Part shown: piece after piece, positions 40,201 to 52,200 of the stretch | Layout of the letters: each line of letters starts with the position of its first letter | Numbering within the stretch: the first letter of the stretch is position 1 | DNA from: Pavona decussata | Lineage: Eukaryota | Reading direction: 5' to 3' | Assembly: GCA_977016875.1 (NCBI GenBank) | Contig: CDRNST010000060.1 | Coordinates: 3,348,001 to 3,412,000, forward strand | Length of the DNA stretch: 64,000 bases | Notes under the pieces: model-generated | Databases searched by the model: none | Seen by the model: only the letters and a program-made list of their open reading frames with translations | Told to the model about the DNA's origin: nothing | Position numbers and translations under genes: made by a program

Positions 40201-43200
40201 TGCTTGAGATTGACGTGATACCTAAAATTATCTCAAAAAACCGAGAGCAAGATAGATGATCCTCAGTAATTGATGACTCGTGATCTTCGTAGAAAATAAA
40301 TCTACTGCCATTTTTAATATTAAAATCGCCATGAAGGAAAACGACAGTGAAACTATTAAAATCTATATAACTTTCTTCGATGCTCTTGTGTAGGCGTCAG
40401 ACGTTCGCCGATACTCGTTGTCTATAGATTAGAAGGTAGAGTTTCTGTGCTTTTTTGGCCGGTCTACTGGAAAGTGAGTTGAAGATGGCAATTAAGAGGG
40501 AAACCGATGTTAAATGAAACAGGAATTGCTAAACGCTTTACCTGGGCAGGGGTCTGGGTTACATGGCCGTGTCTCGTTTCTAGGTCCCACGCAGTCTGAA
40601 CCATTGTTGATCGGAGGAGGACTGGTGCAGTTGCGGTATCGTACCTGGGTACCATTTCCACAAGTGGAACTACACGGTCCATAGGAACCCCAGTTTGAAA
40701 AGCCGCCATCGACTATGAAAAGCAAAAGGAAAAATTACAGATTGATTTGCAATGCTATCAAAATGTATTTGCTCTTCAATTTTTTTTTTACAAAGATGAC
40801 TAATGAAATCAATATTCACGCCATTTTTCCTGTTTCTTTAATATTTCGCCTCAGTGTTTGTGGGAGTTAGTTCTCCAGAGTGGGAGCCATTGTACTTTCA
40901 TTTAAGATGCATGGATAATAAATAAAATTGTTCGTTATTAGTTAACGTCTAAGGGCAAGGATAATAAGAACGCCTTTTACATGAACTCATTTCAAACCGT
41001 CTGAGTACAACGATATACCGTAATTATTCTATGACGTTCATGCAACAGCTAAATTAATTAATTCATTCATTAATTAACAAATAAATAACAAATTTCCTTT
41101 AATCACGTTGACTCAAAAAAATTCACTGCTTACCAGCCAACTGCACTCCAAACGTATCACTGATGTTTTGCACGAAAGATGGCACAACGTTTGTTAACAC
41201 AGTTCTGTTAAGTGTAACAGAAGTGTTTCCATCGGCTGGCAAGCGAACGTAGAACTTAATTTGCAGCGAACTGTTCACCAATGGAAATCCCGGAAGAAGA
41301 TATACCCGAGTTTGATTTGACCTAAACAAGGAAGAGTAGAGGGACAAAATATTATTTAAGCTATGTGGTAAGTCGGTATAGTTCTAATAAATCAACAACT
41401 TCAACTACAACTTTATTGTAGTTTTTGGTAAATTTTACGTAACATTTTCGCTATCCGAAAAAGCGAAAAGTGCATAATCCAGGCGTGCAGCAAGGGAAGA
41501 AAGTCAAGATGTCAAGTATATCTGTGTAGTTTAAAAGTGTTACAAAGACATCATTTTTAAGGTAAACCAAAGTCCTCAAAAACACCCTACCGTTAACCTA
41601 AAAGATGAATATTTTAACTTACCCGTCATCACATAATCCAGATGAGCGGCAGAAAGCGTTGACGAACTCAATCAGTACTCTCTTAAACTCTTCTTCTCGT
41701 GCACACCACTGAAAGATTTAATTGATTGTTTCGTTTTCAGTTTTTAAGCATTTCAGTCATTTATTTCTGTACAGTGAACATAGACTAAAACGTCTTGAAA
41801 ACGGTTGTTTAGTAAGGTGCTAACAGTTTGTCTTATCGTTCTACAAATTTCCTCGTGCACTGAAAACGTTTGTGAGGCGTCGCAGGACCATTAAAAGATG
41901 ACGCCTTCTTTTAAACTATACCCTAAGTCACTGTCGACAGTTGCACTCCTCAGAGGTCAGGGTGCCAAACGGATGGAGGGAGTTCCAGGAACCCGAAATG
42001 TTTCGCCATAGCGCCCAAAATGCGAATCCTTTCTACTCGGATCCCGAACAAAATTGCTCATTCAGGTACGAAGGATTTTCTCCACCTCTTAATTGGTTCA
42101 CTCGGCTGAAACGAGTTTACTGAGGATAGGGAACACCAAAACAAGACCCTATGAAAATCCTTGGGAATGCAACAAACGACTGCAAAAATCTCCTACTGAT
42201 CTTAAGATTCTTCATGGCACCAGGGGCTAGATTCACAAAGACCTTCTAACTTAACATGTATCTTAGATATTGTTTCTTAACAAAGGCCTTTTCTTGGAAT
42301 AACAAGAGACTACTGTTCAAAACCAATACTTAGGATACATGTTAACTTAGCAAATCTCCGTGAACAGGTCCTGGAGATAGATTCATGAAACTCTCCTAAG
42401 TTAGATATATCCTAAGTATTGTTTCCTGACAGAAGTGTAGTGTTGGAATAACAATGGCATATTTTTAAGAAACAATATTTACGATGCATTTTAAGTTAGG
42501 AGGACTTCATGAATGTGGCCCCAGGAGCCATAAACTCCTAATTAAAACACTTGCCAAAACATACCATTTCAACGTGTAATTTAACATTGTACAGGTTCAA
42601 TCACTGATTAGTTGCACACGAAATTTAAATTTAAGTTCAAATATGTGTCTAACCGGATTTCAACTTCACCAGTAAGGTTTGAAATTGTTGTGATTAACGT
42701 GTAGTTTGGAAAGTGAGCACAATGTTACGCCGTTCTTTTGTGAATCCGAGTCACGTTTACCATCATAAGCCCACTTAAGAAAATGAACAATAAGGACAAA
42801 CCTCTGTAATAGTGAAATTTGAAAAAGTAAAAGTAAAAGCATTATCGGTGTCCTCTTGTGATGGAACGCGACGAACAATGCCACAGGGCGGTGGTGGGGC
42901 TGTTGCTGACGGAGCTGGTGTGCTTGACGGAGCTAGTGTGCCTGACGGAGCTGGTGTGCCTGGTGGAGCTAGTGTGCCTGACGGGGCTAGTGTGCCTGAC
43001 GGAGCTGGTGTGCCTGGTGGAGCTGGTGTGCCTGACGGAGCTGGTGTGCCTGCTGGAGCAGGAAAGCTTGATGGAGCTGGCGTGCCTGGTGGAGAAGGTG
43101 TGCTTGATGGAGCTGGTGTGCCTGATGGAGCTAGTGTGCCTGACGGAACTGGTGTGCCTGAAGGAGCTGGTGTGCCTGGTGGAGCAGGTGTGCTTGATGG

Positions 43201-46200
43201 AGCTGGTGTGCGTGACGGAGCTAATGTGCCTAGTGGAGCTGGTGTGCCTGACGGAGCTGGTGTGCCTGGTGGAGCAGGTGTGCTTGATGGAACCGGTGTG
43301 CGTGACGGAGCTAATGTGCCTGGTGGAGCTATTGTGCCTGACGGAGCTGGTGTGCCTGGTGGAGCAAGTGTGCTTGATGGAGCTGGTGTGCGTGGTGTGC
43401 CTGGTGGAGCTGGTGTACCTGACGGAGCTGGTGTGCCTGACGGAGCAGGTGTGCCTGGTGGAGCAGGTGTGCCTGACGGAGCTGGTGTGCCTGGTGGAGC
43501 TGGTGTGCCGGACGGAGCTGGTGTGCCTGGTGGAGCTGTTGTTGGAACTGTTGTTTTTGATTAGAAGTATTAAAGAGGTATAAAAGAATGAATTTAAAAA
43601 AAACTCATTCTATCACCACGACATTTATCACTAAGTGACAATATGCTCAATAATATCCCTAAGAATGCAATTACAATGTATAACCTGTTTAATTGTGGAA
43701 AGTAACGATGAGAGAAATCGGGAGATCTCTCTACTAAGTAAGAACAAATGAATGGACAGACGGAGAAATGGACGATGGATGCCGGAATGGATGGATGATG
43801 GATGGAAGACTGACTAGTTGGATGGAAGAAAAGACGGAAGCGAAATACCTAAAAAACAAAACAAAACAAACGAACACTCTGCTAAAGGAGGTACTCGGTT
43901 TTCTTCCGCTCAAAAAATTGTTAACTGCTTGAGATTGACCTGATACCTCAAATTATCTCAAAAAGCCGAGAGCAAGATAGATGATCCTCAGTAGTTGATG
44001 ACTCGTGATCTTCGTAGAAAATAAATCTACTACCATTTTTAATATTAAAATCGCCATGAAGGAAAACGAGAATGAAACTATTAACATCTTCATAACATTT
44101 TTTTCGATGCTCTTGTGCAGGCGTCAAACGTTTGCCGATACTCGTCTATAGATTAGAAGGTAGAGTTTCTGTGCTTTTTTGGCCGGTCTACTGGCAAGTG
44201 AGTTGAAAATGACATTCAGGAGGGAAACCGATGTTAAATGAAACAGGAATTGCTAAACGCTTTACCTGGGCAGGGGTCTGGGTTACATGGCCGTGTCTCG
44301 TTTCTAGGTCCCACGCAGTCTGAACCATTGTTGATCGGAGGAGGACTGGTGCAGTTCCGGTATCGTACCTGGGTACCATTTCCACATGTGGAACTACACG
44401 GTCCATAGGAACCCCAGTTTGAAAAGCCGCCATCGACTATGAAAAGCAAAAGGAAAAATTACAGATTGATTTGCAATGCTATCAAAATGTATTTGCTCTT
44501 CGATTTTTTTTTTACAAAGAAGACCAATGAAATCAATATTCACGCCGTTTTTCCTGTTACTTTAATATTTCGCTTCAGTGCTTGTAGGAGTTAGTTCTCC
44601 AGAGTGGCAGCCATTGTACTTTCATTTAAGATGCATGAATAATAAATAAAATTGTTCGTTATTATATCACGTCTAAGGGCAAGGATAATAAGAACGCTTT
44701 TTACATGAACTCATCTCAAACCGTCTGAGTACAACGATATACCGTAATTATTCTAGGATGTTCATGCAACAGCTAAATTAATTAATTTATTTATTAATTA
44801 ACAAATAAATAATAATTTTTTTTTAATAACGTTGACACAAAATAATTCACTGCTTACCAGCCAACTGCACTCCAAACGTATCACTGATGTTTTGCACGAA
44901 AGATGGCACAACGTTTGTTAACACAGTTCTGTTCAGTGTAACAGAAGTGTTTCCATCGGCTGGCAAGCGAACGTAGAACTTAATTTTCAGCGGACTGTTC
45001 ACCAATGGAAATCCCGGAAGAAGATATACCCGAGTTTGATTTGACCTAAACAAGGAAGATTAGAAGGACAAAATATTATTTACGCTATGTGGTAAGTCGG
45101 TGTAGTTCTAATAAATCAACAACTTCAACTACAACTTTATTGTATTTTTTGGTATATTTTACGTAACATTTTCGCTATCCGAAAAAGCGAAAAGTGCATA
45201 ATCCAGGCGTGCAGCAAGAGAAGAAAGTCAAGATGTCAAGTATATGTGTGTAGTTTAAAAGTGTTACAAAGACAGATCATTTTTAAGGTAAACCAAAGTC
45301 CTCAAAAACATCCTACCGTTAACCTAAAAGATGAATATTTTAACTTACCCGTCATTACATAATTCAGATGAGCTGCAGAAAGCGTTGACGAACTCAATCA
45401 GTACTCTCTTAAACTCTTCTTCTCGTGCACACCACTGAAAGATTTAATTAATTTTTTCCTTTTCAGTTTTCAAGCATTTTAGTCATTTATTTCTGTACAG
45501 TGAACATAGACGAAACCTTCTTCGAAACGGTTGTTTAGTAAGGTGCTAACAGTTTGTCTTATCGTTCTACAAATTCCCTCGTGCACTGAAAACGTTTGTG
45601 AGGCGTCGCAGGACCATTAAAAGATGACGCCTTCTTTTAAACTATACCCTAAGTCACTGTCGACAGTTGCACTCCTCAGAGGTCAGGGTGCCAAACGGAT
45701 GGAGGGAGTTCCAGGAACCCGAAATGTTTCGCCATAGCGCCCAAAATGCGAATCCTTTCTACTCGGATCCCGAACAAAATTGCTCATTCAGGTACGAAGG
45801 ATTTTCTCCACCACTTTATTGGTTCACTCGGCTGAAACGAGTTTACTGAGGATAGTGAACACCAAAACAAGACCCTATGAAAATCCTTGGGAATGCAACA
45901 AACGACTGCAAAAATCTCCTACTGATCTTAAGATTCTTTATGGCACCAGGGGCTAGATTCACAAAGACCTTCTAACTTAACATGTATCTTAGATATTGTT
46001 TCTTAACAAAGGCCTTTTCTTGGAATAACAAGAGACTACTGTTCAAAACCAATACTTAGGATACATGTTAACTTAGTAAATCTTCGTGAACAGGTCCTGG
46101 AGATAGATTCATGAAACTCTGCTAAGTTAGATATATCCTAAGTATTGTTTCCTGACAGAAGTGTAGTGTTGGAATAACAATAGCATATTGTTAAGAAACA

Positions 46201-49200
46201 ATATTTACGATACATTTTAAGTTAGGAGGGCTTCATGAATGTGGCCGCAGGAGCCATAAACTCCTAATTGGGACCATCAAAGTTGATGCCAAAATATGTC
46301 CTTTCAGAAAGTTTTAAAACACTTGCCAAAACACACCATTTTAAGGTGTAATTTAACATTTTCCAGGTTCAATCACTGACTAGTTGCACACGAAAGTTAA
46401 ATTTGAGATCAAATATGTGTCTAACCGGATTTCAACTTCACCAGTAAGGTTTGGAATTGTTGTGATTAACGTGTAGTTTGGAAAGTGAGCACAATGTTAC
46501 GCCGTTCTTTTGTGAATCTGAGTCACGTTTACCATCGTAAGTGCACTTAAGAAAATGAACAATAAGGACAAACCTCTGTAATAGTGAAATTTGAAAACGT
46601 AAGAGAAAAAGCATTATCGGTGTCCTCTTGTGATGGAACTCGACGAACAATGCCACAGGGCGGTGGTGGGGCTGTTGCCGACGGAGCTGGTGTGCTTGAC
46701 GGAGCTAGTGTGCCTGACGGAGCTGGTGTGCCTGGCGGAGCTTGTGTTCCTGACGGAGTTGGTGTGCCTGATGGAACTGGTGTGCCTGACGGAGCTGGTG
46801 TGCCTGATGGAGCTGGTGTGCCTGACGGAGCTGGTGTGCCTGGTGGAGCAGGTGTGCCTGATGGAGCTGGTGTGCTTGATGGAGCTGGTGTGCCTGACGG
46901 AGCTGGTGTGCCTGGTGGAGCAGGTGTGCCTGATGGAGCAGGTGTGCTTGATGGAGCTGGTGTGCCTGACGGAGCTAATGTGCCTGATGGAGCTGGTGTG
47001 CCTGACGGAGCTGGTGTGCCTGGTGGAGCTGTTGTTGGAACTGTTGTTTTTGATTAGAAGTATTAAAGAAGTAGAAAAGAATGAATTTAAAAGAACTCAA
47101 TCTATCACCACGACATTTATCACTAAGTGACAATATCCTCAATAATATCCCTAAGAATGCAATTAGAAAGTATAACCTGTTTAATTGTGGAAAGAAACGA
47201 TCATAGAAATCGGAAGATCTCTCTACTAAGTAAGAACGAATGAATGGACAGACGGAGAAATGGACGATGGATGCCAGAATGTATGGATGGTGGATGGAAG
47301 ACTGACTAGTTGGATGGAAGAACAGACGGAAACGAAATACCTAAAAAACAAAACAAACGAACACTCTGCTAAAGGAGGTACTCGGTTTTCTTCCGCTCAA
47401 AAAATTGTTAACTGCTTGAGATTGACGTGATACCTAAAGTTATCTCAAAAAGCCGAGAGCAAGATAGATGATCGTTAGTAGTTGATGACTCGTGATCTTC
47501 GTAGAAACTAAAACCACTGCCATTTTTGATATTAAAATCGCCATGAAGGAAAACGACAGTGAAGCTATTAACATCTTCATAACTTTCTTTGATGGTCTTG
47601 TGTAGGCGTCAGACGTTCGCCGATACACGTTGTCTATAGACTAGAAGGCAGAGTTTCTGTGTTTTTTTGGCCGGTCTACTGGCAAGTGATTTCAAGATGG
47701 CGTTCAGGAGTGAAACCGATGTTAAATGAAGCAGGAATTGCTAAACGGTTTACCTGGGCAGGGGTCTGGGTTACATGGTCGTGTCTCGTTCGTAGGTCCC
47801 ACACAGTCTGAACCATTGTTGATTGGAGGAGGGTTAGTGCAGTTGCGGTATCGTACCTGGGTACCATTCCCACAAGTGGAACTACACGGTCCATAGGAAC
47901 CCCAGTTTGAAAAGCCGCCATCGACTATGAATAAACAGAACGACGAAAAGGTTTAAAATGCTATCAAAATTTTTACAATAACTGTCCAAATTCCCGCGCG
48001 CTGATTGGCTCGTAGCTATTGTCTATAAGAGTACAGACAATAAAAATGACGTCAGATGTAACGCGCGCGCTTTCTCAACGAAAAAAATAGCCAATTCCGC
48101 TCGTACTTTTTCCATGTTATTGTAAAAAACAAATCGACGGCATTTTTCTATGGTCTATACTCTTATAGACCATAAAATGACGCCATAAAATGTCCAAAAC
48201 TTGGCAGTGAAACCACTCGCCTGCGGCTCGTGGTTCCACTTGAGTTTTGAACATTTTTTGACGTCATTTTATGGTCTATAAGAGTATAGACCATAGGAAA
48301 GTGCCGTCGATTTGTTAAGTAATTGTTTTTGAAGACCTATACGTTAAGAAGACCTATACGTAATTAATATCCAAAGTCTTGATCCTGGTTTGTTTTTTTC
48401 TAGTTTCGCTCCAGACCAGTGTTTCGGAGAGTTACTTTCTCTAGAGTGGGACCTTTTTGGCCTAGAATTCGATAGAATAACAAGAACGTGTTTGGTATGA
48501 ACTCATCTCAACCGTTTTAGTGAAAAGGTATAGCTTAATGATTCTGTGCTGTTCATGGAACAGATAAAATTAATAAATTAATGACCAAAGAAAAAGTAAA
48601 CTTGATTTAATGACGATGACTCATTTAGTGAAACTATAAAAAATATTTACTGCTTACCAGCCAACTGCACTCCAAACGTATCACTGATACTTTGCACGAA
48701 AGATGGCACAACGTTTGTTAACACAGTTCTGTTTAGTATAATAGAAGTGTTTCCATCGGCTTGCGAGCGAACGTAGAACTTAATTTGCAGCGGACTGTTC
48801 ACGAATGGAGATCCTGGAAGAAGATATACCCGAGTTCGATTTGTCCTAAAGAAGGAAGAGTAGAGGTGCAAAATATTATTTAGGCTATGTGGTAGGTCGG
48901 TGTAGTTCCAATATATAGACAACTTAAACTTTCAATTTTGTTATTTTTTCGTAAATTTTACGTAAAAGAGATCATTTGTAAGATAAACCAAAGTCCCCAA
49001 ACTGACCTAACGCTACAATGTAGCCTAAAATATGAATATTGTAACTTACCCAGCATCACATAACCCACTTGAGTTGCAGAAAGCGTTGACGTCCTCAGTA
49101 ACTACTTTCTTAAAGTCTCCTTCTCGTACACACCACTGAAAAATTTAATTTTTTTTTTCTTTTCAGTTTGTAAGCATTTCTGTCACATTTCTGTATAGTT

Positions 49201-52200
49201 AACATCAACAAAGATTTCTTCAGACTGGTTTCTTTGGCAAGCCGGCGGAGAGTTTGTCTTTTAGTCTTACCAATTCCCACGTGCATCGAAAACGTTTTTG
49301 AGGCGATGCAGAGCTCTAAAAGAAGATGCCTTCTTTTCATCTATCATCTTAAACACTCTCCACAGTTTTCATTCTCGAAGTTCAGGGTGCTCTGAAGCCC
49401 CAAAAATGGCTGGTTGTGAAGGGGCCAGATCCCAAGGCTTTTCTCCGCTAGGAGGTCCCACCAAAATGGCTATTCTGGCTGAATGGAGCCCTGGAGTAAA
49501 GCCACGAAGCCTAATAACACTGAACTTAGGATACTTTATGAAATCAAGCCCTGGAGCCCTAATCTTCTTTGCGACCCCTCAAGTTGTTGCAAAATATTTC
49601 CTTTTATTACGTTTTAGAGCACTTTATTATTTTAGAGGTTCAAACACTGACTGGTTGAAAACTGAAGATTGATTTAAGGTAAAATATGCGTCCAATTTTT
49701 ACTTCACCACTAAGGTATGAAATTGTCGTGCGCAACATGCAGTTTGGAAAGTGAGGAAAATGTTACACCGTTTTTCGAAATCCAAGTCTCGTTACCATAC
49801 CAAGTGCACTTGTAAGAAAATTAACAATAAGGACTTACCTCTGCAATGGTGAAATTTGAAAACGTAAGAGAAAAAGCATTATCGGTGTCCTCTTGTGATG
49901 GAACTCGACGAACAATGCCACAGGGCGGTGGTGGAGCTGTCGTTGGAACTATTGAGGATAAGTTGTTGCAACATGTCAATAATATAACACAGACCATTTA
50001 CTTTTCGGTAAGACGCATGTATGCATCCTAGTCTGTCGTTCAGCTGAAGACACCCTTAAGGCTTTTCGAGCCCGAAAAGCAGGGCAATGCCGGGAGGTCA
50101 TATAGCAAACACCTTTCGGATTTTAAGTAGCCAATTAGCTACGGTGCACAAAAAACACCGTGACTATCCACCGTTTTGGTATATACTGATATGCACAAGA
50201 GACGTACCTGAACATGGTCCCTCATAGCATTCTCGAGTTTCATTTCTAGGTCCCGAACACTCATTTCCTCCAAACTGAGGAGGAGTACAGTTTCGATAAC
50301 GTATCTGAGTTCCATTTCCACAGGTTAGGCTGCATGGAGACCAAGCACCCCACGCTGTGAAGTTGCCATCAACTAGATATTGGCAAAAACAAAGACAAAA
50401 GTGAGTTTAAAGTCCGCATCCGAGAGAACCAGATTGCAGGACGATGAGACACAATATATTCATTTGAAACGATTCGTGACCACATACTTCGTCAAATGTC
50501 CGGTAGGGTTTGGGTTCCAGGCTTTGGACATGGAAAACAAAGCGACCATTTTACTAGTTGCGTGGCATGGTTAATACACCCCTTTATTATAGGCAGAATT
50601 GGTAGTAAAGGACATTGAATTTAAAAGGATTTGGCAAGTTCTTGAATGAACATAAAAAATCGTTTCCATTTTGTGAGTTCGAAAGATATCGGGCCTTAAC
50701 TAATACCTGGGAATTAAAAAATTCCCAAATCTCCTTGGATTATTGAATAGTGTAGGTAAACCTGTTTGCCTGACAGATTTTCAGTGAAACCGCTGAGATT
50801 GTTCATTGAGTCATGCGGCCTGCCCTGTACCTCATTAACCGAATCAAAAAAAAAAAACGTTCAACACCAACGCACTGTATGTCAGTTTGTGAAATACTAC
50901 AAACTAAACGCTATAACAGGCTCTCGTGTGAACAAAAATCGCTGTTAAGGCCAAGTAATACGGTCAACGATTGTTTGTCACATAAAAGAATACTAATTAT
51001 GCCTGCCATTATGAAAGAAGTCTATTACATTTGCTGCGCGACAAGTTGTAAAAAAAAGCTTCCCGTATTACTTGACCTTAAAGCTTAAAAATTTCGACTC
51101 ATATTGACAGTCAAAACCTTCTTCAAACAAAAAAAAAAATTATCGGAATTATCAATAGTATAAAGTTTCACCAGCGCCTTGCTATATATGCTTCTTCAAA
51201 AAAGTAAAGAGATTTTGAAATCGGTAGGCTGTAGTCATGAAGTATAAACCCAACAGCAGCACGAAAAAGCAGGGTTCAAGTACCTTAAACATTTTCAAAG
51301 AATATGCCACACTTTCTTCGTCTCTTCCCAAACTCATTAATAATTCATCAAGAGAAAATAAAGAAAATCACTACTGTGACCGCGGTTTGGATAGTGAGTG
51401 TTCCTAATTACCATAAAATTTTGCCAACTTTAGCCTTGAATTTCTCCAAGAATTATTGATCGTTTGAGAAGCCATATCAAACACTCGAAAGTGGGTTTCA
51501 TCAGACATCCAAACACCTCGAAGTTGTTTAAAACAACTCGGCTGCACCTCGTTTTTTCAACGTACTTCTTAGTGTTTGGATATCTGATGAAACACTCTTC
51601 CTCGTGTTTGATTTATTACATCAAGTTTACAATTCCCTGCCTTATCGAGGTGTGTACGTGAATGGGACATTACATGTACCCCCAACCCCCCCTCACCTCT
51701 TTCTCTATCCAATGATTCATTAAAGCACCGCTGAAGCTTTAACTTTCCATTTATGCTTTTCCGCTGAAACAGTATGGAACGTCGTTCATTTCCAAAGAAA
51801 ATTAGCGCCTTTTTGTGTTGGCATTGGTTTCCAGTTCAACGTGATTTTAAGGTAAATTTTTCGCTGCTATTTTGAAGAGGATTCTATCTCACAACAATTG
51901 TATCCACAAACCTGGCTGCGGGGGTGCAACTTCCCTTAAGAAGTCGTCAGCATTTCCTTCATTTCCTCTAGGATCATAACGAGCCACAACATAGTGTGCA
52001 TTTCCTCCCGAGGCCACCCCTACACCAAGCCGAAACGAAATTCGCCACACCACCTGGGTAAAGTGAAGCCACTGCTTGGTTGGGTCGATTGGTACCCCAT
52101 AACTAAAATTGTAGTTTGATATCTCGTTATACCAAGCTTCCACAATTGAACTGCAGCGAAAACATGACGATTGAGATGCATTGATGCATACGGGTCGGCT

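Larger units (their letters stand above)
32035..47035. repeat. Five coding 18-bp minisatellite blocks (+ strand consensus GCCTGACGGAGCTGGTGT)
   Basis: Blocks at ~32035-32450, 35585-36170, 39305-39815, 42900-43540, 46675-47035. They encode [18 protein letters not shown] on the minus strand. Confidence 0.97.
29630..47930. repeat. Tandem array of five near-identical ~3.5-3.7 kb exon-plus-intron units
   Basis: TSP1 acceptors at 47924, 44436, 40712, 37065, 33346, 29788 (periods 3488, 3724, 3647, 3719, 3558). Introns recur almost verbatim. A more diverged sixth unit lies at ~48.4-50.0 kb. Confidence 0.97.

Noticed and set aside
31029-46656. Recurrent small ORFs (MHSSEVRVP.., MALFVAFHH.., MADFQTGVP..) as a conserved small-protein family
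   Set aside because: They recur only because whole introns were duplicated. They are intronic or alternative frames of real exons, and many begin at non-ATG codons.
32035-47035. Regular short repeats as a CRISPR-like array
   Set aside because: Contiguous degenerate units with no unique spacers, no cas genes and a eukaryotic exon context.
31946-47130. Plus-strand ORFs reading ([12 protein letters not shown])n, elastin- or silk-like, and (LTELVC)n, LRR-like
   Set aside because: Antisense shadows of the 18-bp VNTR. The minus strand has acceptors, donors and frame continuity with TSP1 and SEA-like exons. The plus ORFs have no signal peptide and stop right after the repeat. Antisense transcription cannot be excluded without stranded RNA data.
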